From an uncultured archaeon (GTDB lineage: Archaea; Altiarchaeota; Altiarchaeia; IMC4; SCGC-AAA252-I15): DNA of 48,766 nt. Of the stretch, positions 27,648-35,728 are shown piece by piece. The notes below the pieces were generated by a model, which saw nothing but the letters and a program-made list of their open reading frames with translations, made no database searches and was not told the DNA's origin. The position numbers and the translations under genes were made by a program. Each line of letters opens with the position of its first letter. Position 1 is the first letter of the stretch. The DNA lies in assembly GCA_902384455.1 (NCBI GenBank), contig CABMCB010000039.1:1-48766 (forward strand), read 5' to 3'.

Positions 27648-28883
27648 TTATGTTAGGAGCAGTTTAAGGAAAAACAGGGGTGACGTCAGTTTGCTTCTTG
27701 CGTCGTCGCTTAATGCGGAAGTGATCTGGTGGGCGACTTCCGGCCTTTTGTTGGCTTTGCTTACGACCAGGTTCAGTAGGAATGTGATGTTGCAAATCCT
27801 CTGCATCATGTAGCTGTTGCGCATTTCGCCGCCTATTTCACACCAGAGGTCTGCGTCATATTTGGCGAGGGTTTTTTCGCTGAAATCCTTTGATTTAACG
27901 GCTTCTTCTATCGTGCGGGCGGCGTAATACCCGCTTAACATTGCATTGCCTATGCCTTCGCCGCTAAAGGGGTCCACAAGACTTGCCGCGTCGCCCACGA
28001 TAACAAATCCGCTTCCGTAATTTTTGATGCGCGTGCTTCCTGAAGGAAGATTCCACCCCTGAACCCCAGTTAAAGGCTTGGCATCCTTGAACCTCCCGGC
28101 AAAACGCGGATGCCCAACCATCTCCTCATGCAACTTCTTCAAATTCACCTTCTTCTTCTGCATTGACGCCTGAGTCATACCCACCCCAACGTTCGCCTTG
28201 CCGTCCTCAAGAGGAAAAATCCAGAAGTAACCCGGCAAAGCCTCATCGACGAAATGAAGCTCAATGTTCCCGCTCAAACCGGAAACACCGCTAAAATACT
28301 GGCGAGTAGCCGCAATAACATGCTTCAAATCAGCGTTACGCAAACCCATTTCACGGCCCACAACGCTGTTGTACCCGTCAGCCCCAACCACCACATTAGC
28401 GCTGAAACTCGCCTGCCCGCCTGGACCGCGCCCTACAACACCCTTGACCACGTTGCCATCCTTAACCAGGCCCGTGACCTCAAACCCCTCGATTACGTCA
28501 ACCTTCTTCTTAGCGTTCTCAAAAAGCAGGCTGTCGTACACCATCCGCCTGCACGTGTAAAACTCGTTTGAGCTTTTGACGCCGACTTCATCCTTTGCGG
28601 GAGTGTAATTGAAAGGAACAGTAAGGCCTTTTCCGTTTGGCGCAGTGATGTACATGCCTGTTACTGTGCCGTGAGGTGAAGCGACCACTGCGTCAACAAG
28701 CCCAAGTTTAGTAAGGAGCCTAAGCGACTTGCCTGAAAGCGCGTCACCGCAGATTTTATCTCTTGGAAACCTTCCTTTGTCCAAAAGCAATGTTGAAATC
28801 CCTGCTTCACCCAGCAATGCGGCGCAAGTGCTACCTGAGGGTCCTCCTCCGACAATCACCACGTCATACGCCTTTTTGGGCAT
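27648..28883 (-). CDS. Geranylgeranyl reductase-family FAD oxidoreductase
   Basis: YDVVIVGGGPSG, FPRDKICGD, VGADG, PGYFWIFP, VGDAASLVDPFSGEGIGNAMLSG. Start moved to ATG 28883. Confidence 0.9.
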   Translation of the reverse strand: MPKKAYDVVIVGGGPSGSTCAALLGEAGISTLLLDKGRFPRDKICGDALSGKSLRLLTKLGLVDAVVASPHGTVTGMYITAPNGKGLTVPFNYTPAKDEVGVKSSNEFYTCRRMVYDSLLFENAKKKVDVIEGFEVTGLVKDGNVVKGVVGRGPGGQASFSANVVVGADGYNSVVGREMGLRNADLKHVIAATRQYFSGVSGLSGNIELHFVDEALPGYFWIFPLEDGKANVGVGMTQASMQKKKVNLKKLHEEMVGHPRFAGRFKDAKPLTGVQGWNLPSGSTRIKNYGSGFVIVGDAASLVDPFSGEGIGNAMLSGYYAARTIEEAVKSKDFSEKTLAKYDADLWCEIGGEMRNSYMMQRICNITFLLNLVVSKANKRPEVAHQITSALSDDARSKLTSPLFFLKLLLT

Positions 28884-28957
28884 ACCATACCTATTTTCGG
28901 CTAATATTAAAAATGCCTCCCACAGTCTTCTTTTAAGGAATTGACTCATACTTCAAC

Positions 28958-29467
28958 ATGAAAAAAGCGCTTATTCTCGCGGCACCAAACTTCCAGGACA
29001 TTGAACTGCTCTACCCTAAAATCCGCCTAACAGAAGCCGGAATAAAAGTGACGGTCGCAGGATTGGGCGAAGACAGCTACAAAGGGAAATACGGCTACCC
29101 GGTGGACTGCGACGCAGACATCAAGAACGTCCGCCCGTTAGAGTACGACGCAATAATCATACCCGGCGGCTGGGCCCCAGACCACATACGCCAAAGCAAA
29201 GCCGCGTTAAACGCAGTGAAAACACTGCACAAGAAAGGGCGGGTTGTCGCCGCAATATGCCACGGCGGCTGGGTGCTTGCGTCAGCCGGCATCATCAAAG
29301 GCAAAGCTGTCACAAGCTACATAGCAATCAAAGACGACATGATAAACGCGGGCGCACACTGGACGGACAAAGAAGTCGTAGTGGACCAAAACATAATAAC
29401 CAGCAGGAAACCAGATGACTTGCCCGCTTTCATGAAGGCGATACTAAAGCAACTTAACGCAAAGTGA
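28958..29467 (+). CDS. pfpI: PfpI/DJ-1 family protease/deglycase
   Basis: FQDIELLYP, YDAIIIPGG, AICHG nucleophile elbow, ITSRKPDDLPAF. Confidence 0.92.
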   Translation: MKKALILAAPNFQDIELLYPKIRLTEAGIKVTVAGLGEDSYKGKYGYPVDCDADIKNVRPLEYDAIIIPGGWAPDHIRQSKAALNAVKTLHKKGRVVAAICHGGWVLASAGIIKGKAVTSYIAIKDDMINAGAHWTDKEVVVDQNIITSRKPDDLPAFMKAILKQLNAK

Positions 29468-30030
29468 TTCCTACAAAAGACGCCAAAAAGCTGGGCGAAA
29501 TAGCGTCTGAAATAAACGCATGCACCCTCTGTCCCCTCTCTAAAACGCGCACATTAGCAGTACCCGGTGAAGGACCCCAAAACGCCCGCATACTTCTTGT
29601 GGGAGAAGCGCCCGGAAGAAACGAAGACAAAACAGGAAAACCATTCGCAGGAGCAGCAGGAAACATACTCACAGAAGCGCTAACCAAAGCAGAAATAAAC
29701 AGGGCCGACTGCTTCATAACAAGCGTCATAAAATGCCGGCCACCAGGCAACAGGAAGCCCAACGACGATGAAATAGACGCATGCTGCACCCACCTCGCCC
29801 GGCAAATAGCCTCCGTCAACCCGGACGTGATAGTCCCATTGGGAAACGTCGCTCTAACAACACTCACAGGACTCAAAAACATCGGCGAAATGCACGGGAA
29901 ACAAATCACAATGACAAACAAAACATACGTCCCCGCCTACCATCCGGCGGCAGTCTTATACAACCGGAAACTCATGGAAAAATTAATCTGGGACCTGAGT
30001 GTTGCGGCCTCAATAACCAGCGACGACTGA
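29464..30030 (+). CDS. udg: Uracil-DNA glycosylase family 4 (4Fe-4S)
   Basis: CTLCPLS, VPGEG, GEAPG, PFAGAAG, KCRPPGNRKP, EIDAC, YHPAA. Confidence 0.93.
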   Translation: MIPTKDAKKLGEIASEINACTLCPLSKTRTLAVPGEGPQNARILLVGEAPGRNEDKTGKPFAGAAGNILTEALTKAEINRADCFITSVIKCRPPGNRKPNDDEIDACCTHLARQIASVNPDVIVPLGNVALTTLTGLKNIGEMHGKQITMTNKTYVPAYHPAAVLYNRKLMEKLIWDLSVAASITSDD

Positions 30031-30096
30031 GCCGGCTCTTAAATCCTTGTCTGTTTAACGTAAACTTATTAAAGAACAGTGCCCTGAACCTAACAG

Positions 30097-30492
30097 ATGG
30101 AGAAAATCTATTACACGATTGAAGAGGCCAACCTCAAAATCAAGTATGTCGAGGAGTGCGTAATCAAGCTGATGAGCCTTGAGAGGGCCATCCGCCTGCT
30201 CGACAGCATAGAAATCCAGCCGAGAGAAAACAACATTGAAGACGAGATGATGGACGTTGAGTTCAGCCTCAAATACCACAGGCTCAACACTGAATTCTAC
30301 ACTCTACTGGGGGAACTTCTCACCAAAGGAATACTTGTGCGCGACCTGGAGCTTGGAGTAGTGGACTTCCTAAGCCGCCACAAAGACGAAGAAGTCTACT
30401 TATGCTGGGAACAAGGCGAAAAAGAAATCAAATACTGGCACTACGCCCAAGACCCATTCAACAGCAGAAGACCAATAAGCCTACTCAAGTAA
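30097..30492 (+). CDS. DUF2203 family protein
   Basis: YTIEEAN N-terminus; GILVRDLELGVVDF...YLCWEQGEKEIKYWH...RRPI. Confidence 0.85.
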   Translation: MEKIYYTIEEANLKIKYVEECVIKLMSLERAIRLLDSIEIQPRENNIEDEMMDVEFSLKYHRLNTEFYTLLGELLTKGILVRDLELGVVDFLSRHKDEEVYLCWEQGEKEIKYWHYAQDPFNSRRPISLLK

Positions 30493-30559
30493 AGAGACAT
30501 TTTTCCGCCGCACAAAGACGGCAGACATTCTTAACCGCCTTCCACGAAATTACCCTAAC

Positions 30560-31642
30560 GTGGACCGCATCATAATGCTCGCCGACTTAGACGCATTCTA
30601 CGCAAGCGTCGAAGAAAAAGACAACCCGGCGATAAAAGGCAAACCAGTCATAGTCGGAATGTACAGCGGACGCGGCCCAGATTCCGGCGCCGTCGCCGCC
30701 TGCAATTACGTGGCCCGCGCTCTAGGCGTCCGAAGCGGAATGCCTCTATCCCAAGCCAAAAACCTGGCGCCAGACGCCGTCTTCATAAAAGCCGACAAAG
30801 AAAAATACGGCACCGTAAGCGACCGCATAATGGAAATACTCGAATCCCACGCCGACGTCATAGAACAAGTAAGCATAGACGAAGCATACCTCGACGTAAC
30901 CACCAAAACAAAAGGCGACTACAAAGAAGCAGAAACCCTAGCAAAAAACATAAAAAAAACAATCCAAGACACAGAAAAAATCACAATAACAATAGGAATC
31001 GGCCCAAACAAACTCATAGCAAAAACGGCCTCCGGAATGCAAAAGCCAGACGGCCTAACAATCATCCCCCCAGACAAAGCAGCCGAAACAATCGCCGCCC
31101 TAACAGCCCGCAAGCTGCACGGAGTAGGCCCAAAAATAGAAGAAGAACTTAACGCGCTGGGCGCGCAAACAATCAAAGACATACGAGAAATACCCGCTGA
31201 AAAGCTCATCGAAACTTTCGGGGAAGCGCGCGGCCGCCTTCTTTTTGATCACTGTCGCGGTCTGGATGGTTCTCCTGTTTTGCCGCGTGTTAAGGAGCAG
31301 TTTTCTCGGCTTGCGACTTTGCCTAAGAATTCCGGCGACGTGAAGGAAATCGAACCAACTTTGAAGGCGCTTGCTGGGGATGTTCATCGCAGTGTTACCG
31401 CGGAGGGCGCTTTTTATCGGCAGGTGAGTCTTATTGCGGTTTCGGAGGGGCGGATTCACACTAAAAACAAGACGCTTGCTGCGCCCTCCGACAGCAGGGA
31501 AGTTTTGGTTTCTGAGGCTCAGAAGCTTCTGTCAAATTTTCTTGCGGAAAACCCATTGATTTCCATCCGCCGTATCGGGGTGCGCGTGGGAGAGCTCTCG
31601 CGCGAAAAACCAAAGCAAAAAAATCTGTCTGACTTCCTGTAG
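30560..31642 (+). CDS. dinB: Y-family DNA polymerase IV (DinB/Dpo4)
   Basis: DLDAFYASVE, CNYVARALGVRSGMP, SIDEAYLD, GPNKLIAK, KPDG, RRIGVR, C-terminal PIP-box-like QKNLSDFL. Confidence 0.95.
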   Translation: MDRIIMLADLDAFYASVEEKDNPAIKGKPVIVGMYSGRGPDSGAVAACNYVARALGVRSGMPLSQAKNLAPDAVFIKADKEKYGTVSDRIMEILESHADVIEQVSIDEAYLDVTTKTKGDYKEAETLAKNIKKTIQDTEKITITIGIGPNKLIAKTASGMQKPDGLTIIPPDKAAETIAALTARKLHGVGPKIEEELNALGAQTIKDIREIPAEKLIETFGEARGRLLFDHCRGLDGSPVLPRVKEQFSRLATLPKNSGDVKEIEPTLKALAGDVHRSVTAEGAFYRQVSLIAVSEGRIHTKNKTLAAPSDSREVLVSEAQKLLSNFLAENPLISIRRIGVRVGELSREKPKQKNLSDFL

Positions 31643-31645
31643 ACT

Positions 31646-33142
31646 CTAAATGTTTATGGGCAGGCTGATGAGGTTCCAGCCGAAGTAGAGGCGATTTGTC
31701 GCCTGGATTGCCCCATCGAACACGGTGAATGTGCTATTGGAGGGTGCGTAAGCGGCGTTGTTTACTGAGTCTATTGCGAGGCAATTCCACGTATACCCCC
31801 CGTTTGCCATCTCTAAAACATTGAAAGAATTGGAGGTGAAGTTTCCGGAAGCACCCTGAGTTTCAGAAGCGAACAGTCCGGTTGCGTTCCAGACGTTGAG
31901 AGTGATGTTTGCGAGTTCGTATGTTTCCGTCGCATTGCAGGTGAAAGTTTGGCTGTGGTCGGATGTCGTAGTGCCGTTCTGGGGTGCGTCAAGGCGAACT
32001 GCCGGAGACGCAAAGTCCTGCGTGAACGCGTCAAAGCCCGTGGAACCTATGCTCATAAAAAGCATCCCGTCCGCCAGCGCCGGCGACGTGGAATACCAAG
32101 GTGTGGAATAACTCCAAACTAATCCCCCCGTGGTCGAATTAAGGGCCTTGAGGTCGTACTGCTGCCACCCGTTAAAGTAGACTACTCCGTTTGCTACCAC
32201 AGGCGTGTTGCGGCTGAACCCATTGTCTGCGGTGTAATTCCACAGTTGGGCTCCGGTTGAGGCGTTTAGGGCATACAAGTGCGTGTCTTCGGAGCCTATG
32301 TACACTCTCCCATATGCTAATGCGGGCGATGAATCTATGTTGCCTCCTGTCCTATAGCTCCACAACAGGGCCCCCGTTGAGGCATTCAAAGCGTAGACGT
32401 AGTGGTCTCTTGAGCCTACGTACACCCTACCGTATGCTACCGCGGGCGAAGAGTAATAGACGTCGTCTCCGGTAGTGTAATTCCATATGTGGGCTCCGGT
32501 TGAGGCGTTCAACGCATACACACTGTTATCCCTAGAGCCAATGTATACTACGCCGCCGGAAACCGCCGGAGAAGACTCGATGCTGTCTCCAACGGAATAA
32601 TTCCATATGTGGGCGCCTGTCGAAGCATTCAAAGCTAAAACCAGCGCATCAAGACCCCCAAAAAACACGGCTCCGCCAGAAACAGTCGCAGAAGAAGTCA
32701 CTCCTGACGAACTCATGTTGACGCACCAAATCTTTATGCCCGTGCTCTCGTTGACTGCGCAAAAGGCATTATGGTTCCAGAAATTCCCTTCATAAACAAT
32801 GCCGTTTGCGACCGCAGGAGCAGCTTGCGCGAAGCTCCAGCTGGGGTCAAAAGGAAAATTCCAAATATACTCCCCCGACGAAGCGTTATAAGCCCACAAA
32901 CCTCCTTGAGACTTTCCCATAAAAACAATCCCGTCAACCACAGTAGGCTCACTCATGATACCATACCCGTCAACATACCACGACCACTTCTCCACAAGTT
33001 TGCTCGGATTAACAATCTCAGACGAAAAACCCGAATGATTCAAGTCATGATGAAACATAGGCCAAACGTCCGCTGAAGCAAACGCTGACAACAAGACAAA
33101 AACAGCGAGAAAAGATAAGCCTGAGCAAGCAATCTTCTCCAT
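31646..33142 (-). CDS. Secreted PQQ-like beta-propeller protein with Ig-like domain and terminal GWNLISLP motif
   Basis: Signal peptide, WPMFHHDLNHSG, repeated SSPAVxxGxVYIGSxDxxVYALNASTGAxxW; GGAGG SD before ATG 33142. Confidence 0.88.
   Translation of the reverse strand: MEKIACSGLSFLAVFVLLSAFASADVWPMFHHDLNHSGFSSEIVNPSKLVEKWSWYVDGYGIMSEPTVVDGIVFMGKSQGGLWAYNASSGEYIWNFPFDPSWSFAQAAPAVANGIVYEGNFWNHNAFCAVNESTGIKIWCVNMSSSGVTSSATVSGGAVFFGGLDALVLALNASTGAHIWNYSVGDSIESSPAVSGGVVYIGSRDNSVYALNASTGAHIWNYTTGDDVYYSSPAVAYGRVYVGSRDHYVYALNASTGALLWSYRTGGNIDSSPALAYGRVYIGSEDTHLYALNASTGAQLWNYTADNGFSRNTPVVANGVVYFNGWQQYDLKALNSTTGGLVWSYSTPWYSTSPALADGMLFMSIGSTGFDAFTQDFASPAVRLDAPQNGTTTSDHSQTFTCNATETYELANITLNVWNATGLFASETQGASGNFTSNSFNVLEMANGGYTWNCLAIDSVNNAAYAPSNSTFTVFDGAIQATNRLYFGWNLISLPINI
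32240..32700 (-). repeat. About 120-bp tandem units encoding propeller blades
   Basis: Four similar ALNASTGA(H/L/Q)(I/L)W units; ttccatatgtggg recurs at about 32481 and 32601. Confidence 0.7.
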
Positions 33143-33213
33143 AATCAACCTCCATACACTCTAGGTAAAATCTTTATATAGCCAAGATGCCCCCGCAGCA
33201 GAACCCTTTTACA

Positions 33214-33888
33214 TCACATGTACTTGTGCATCATATACAAGACGACGAATACGCCCACAAGAGCCGCACCCACCTCCAAATAAGGAAACGCGCCCCCCGA
33301 CTGAGAACCATTAGCCTTTGCCAATTCAGCCGCCCTCTTCGCCTCCTCGATAGTAACGCACTTCCACCCGCTTGCGCACACTCTGCCGCGCGGGCAATCT
33401 GAATCCTTCACGCACTCCATGACGGAATACTCAACTTTAATCTCCCTCCTTTTCGTAACCGTACCGTCCTTCCCATAGGCGACCACAAGGACGCTTTCGT
33501 TGCCGCTCAAATTCCCAGAAGCAATAATATGGCGAGGTATGCTGCCGACTGAAACAAAGCAGCCATCAAGGTTACTCCAGGAGCAGCCAGCTCCGGAGCA
33601 ACCTAAAGTTCCATTAAAATTCCCCCCCGAAAAAGAAGCAAAAGGACGCTCGCCCTCAACCAACACGCAAACGTCCTTAACCAAATCATCCAAATTCACC
33701 ACATCAACCCTAACAGTAAAAGCGCTAGCCGAAGTATTACACCTCAAAACCGAACCCGCAGAAGAACAAAGCCCATTCAAAGAACGCACACTCAAATTAA
33801 CGCCGCCAGAATCATCCTCCAACACCGCCTGACCGCACACCTGAACCACAAAAACAGCCAAAACCAAAGCAACCAAAAAAAACCTCAT
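33214..33888 (-). CDS. Hypothetical surface protein with small Cys-rich module and C-terminal TM anchor
   Basis: Signal peptide; ECVKDSDCPRGRVCASGWKCV; C-terminal hydrophobic helix. Confidence 0.75.
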   Translation of the reverse strand: MRFFLVALVLAVFVVQVCGQAVLEDDSGGVNLSVRSLNGLCSSAGSVLRCNTSASAFTVRVDVVNLDDLVKDVCVLVEGERPFASFSGGNFNGTLGCSGAGCSWSNLDGCFVSVGSIPRHIIASGNLSGNESVLVVAYGKDGTVTKRREIKVEYSVMECVKDSDCPRGRVCASGWKCVTIEEAKRAAELAKANGSQSGGAFPYLEVGAALVGVFVVLYMMHKYM

Positions 33889-34029
33889 CACTAACCAATT
33901 CAACCCCACAATTTAAAATAAGCGATTTATTAAGCGAAACTCCCCCATACTCCACATACGAACGAATGTATTCCGACTCCGAACGAGCTCGACTTGATTC
34001 TGTAGTGAAAGGAGTACAAAAATAGGAAG

Positions 34030-35481
34030 ATGTCAGAACCATTATACAACAACCCGAACAGAGACCGCACTTCGCACCGCGAAAACCCACAACACCACCC
34101 ACGCGAAAACCGCCCAGGAAGAAGCAACTCCAGCCAACAAACACGACCAGACTCCGGCCCGCGACAACAAGACCGACAAAGCAGAGACGGAAAAGCACCA
34201 GGAGAACGCCCGCAAGGACGATACCCCCCACGGTCATCATCATACCGCACAGGCGGCCGCCCGCAAGGACGATACGGCAGACCCCAAGGAAGAGGACGAC
34301 CCAGACGCGAGGCGCTCCCCTCAGACGTAGAGCGAGTAAAAAAGAAGCTCGCTGCGACGCCGTCGGCAGCTGAAGGATTCAAGAAGTTCAATCTCGACGA
34401 GAATATCCACAAGGGGATACAGGGTTTAGGTTACGAAGACCCTTCCCCCATCCAGGAGGAGACCATTCCGCACGCAATAAGCCGGAAGGACATAATAGGA
34501 CAGGCGAAGACCGGAACAGGAAAAACAACAGCATTCGGCATACCACTTCTCCACCAGATAGTCCCCGAGGAACCCACCGTACAGGGACTCGTACTCACCC
34601 CCACCCGCGAATTAGCCCAGCAGGTGGCCGCCGAATTGGAGGCGCTTTCAATGCACACTCCCATCCGCATACTATGCGTTTTCGGCGGAGTAGGCGTAGA
34701 ACCGCAGGCAACGAAACTAAGGCAGGGCGTCCACGTTCTTGTAGGAACTCCCGGCCGAATACTCGACCACCTTGAGCGGGGCAACCTGAACCTTTCGCGC
34801 GTCCGAGTCGCCATACTCGACGAAGCAGACCGGATGCTCGACATGGGGTTCATAGACGACGTGGAGAAAATCCTAAAGCACACGACGGCGGACAAGCGTC
34901 AGACGCTGCTTTTTTCGGCGACAATGCCTGAAGGAATACTCAGATTAGCCCACCGCCACCTCAAGGACCCGCACACCGTCAAAGTCAGCGAAGACGACCT
35001 CACCGTCGAAGGAGTAAACCAGAAGTACGTTGAAGTCATAGACCAAAGGGAAAAATTCCCCACTTTCATGCGCATACTCGAAGCGGAAAAGCCTGAAAGA
35101 GCCCTAATCTTCGCAGGAACCCAAAGATTCTGCGAAACACTCGCCTACAGAATGCGCGACAGAAACCTGTCCGTCGGAAGCCTCCACGGAGGAATGAGCC
35201 AGGCGCAACGCAACCGCGTCCTAATGCAGTTCCACGAAGGCAAAATCCAGTACCTCGTCGCAACAGACGTTGCAGCACGAGGCCTCGACATACCCGCAGT
35301 AAGCCACGTAATAAATTACGACATACCCCGGGATCCCATGGACTACGTCCACCGGATAGGAAGAACAGCGCGAGTAGGAAAAACAGGCACGGCCATAACC
35401 ATAGTGCCAAAGGCAGAAGTCAGGCAGATTTGGCTCATAGAACACCAAGCGCGCACCAAAATAACCAAAGCCGAATACTAA
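34030..35481 (+). CDS. DEAD-box RNA helicase with Arg/Gly/Pro-rich N-terminal extension
   Basis: Q motif, AKTGTGKT, PTRELA, TPGR, DEAD, SAT, ARGLD, HRIGRTAR. Confidence 0.96.
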   Translation: MSEPLYNNPNRDRTSHRENPQHHPRENRPGRSNSSQQTRPDSGPRQQDRQSRDGKAPGERPQGRYPPRSSSYRTGGRPQGRYGRPQGRGRPRREALPSDVERVKKKLAATPSAAEGFKKFNLDENIHKGIQGLGYEDPSPIQEETIPHAISRKDIIGQAKTGTGKTTAFGIPLLHQIVPEEPTVQGLVLTPTRELAQQVAAELEALSMHTPIRILCVFGGVGVEPQATKLRQGVHVLVGTPGRILDHLERGNLNLSRVRVAILDEADRMLDMGFIDDVEKILKHTTADKRQTLLFSATMPEGILRLAHRHLKDPHTVKVSEDDLTVEGVNQKYVEVIDQREKFPTFMRILEAEKPERALIFAGTQRFCETLAYRMRDRNLSVGSLHGGMSQAQRNRVLMQFHEGKIQYLVATDVAARGLDIPAVSHVINYDIPRDPMDYVHRIGRTARVGKTGTAITIVPKAEVRQIWLIEHQARTKITKAEY

Positions 35482-35530
35482 AACCCGCGCTTTTATACTC
35501 CTCTAACCACGATTGTAACAGGACATTAAA

Positions 35531-35701
35531 ATGGCCGACGCAAGCATGAAGCAGATTTTCGCCTACTCCGCAGGCGTAAGCTTCCTAGGCAGCATCCTGG
35601 TGCAATACTTACGAAACCGCGCAATAGACCCCCTATTCACAATCATATTCACGGTGCTCGTGGGAATGCTGATGGCCGCCTACTTCAGCCAGAAGCAGTA
35701 A
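35531..35701 (+). CDS. Small two-TM membrane protein (56 aa), not in ORF track
   Basis: MADASMKQIFAYSAGVSFLGSILVQYLRNRAIDPLFTIIFTVLVGMLMAAYFSQKQ; fills the gap; TTTTATA lies about 40 nt upstream. Confidence 0.6.
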   Translation: MADASMKQIFAYSAGVSFLGSILVQYLRNRAIDPLFTIIFTVLVGMLMAAYFSQKQ

Positions 35702-35728
35702 GGCGTTTCTTTAATCTGCCGCTAAGAA

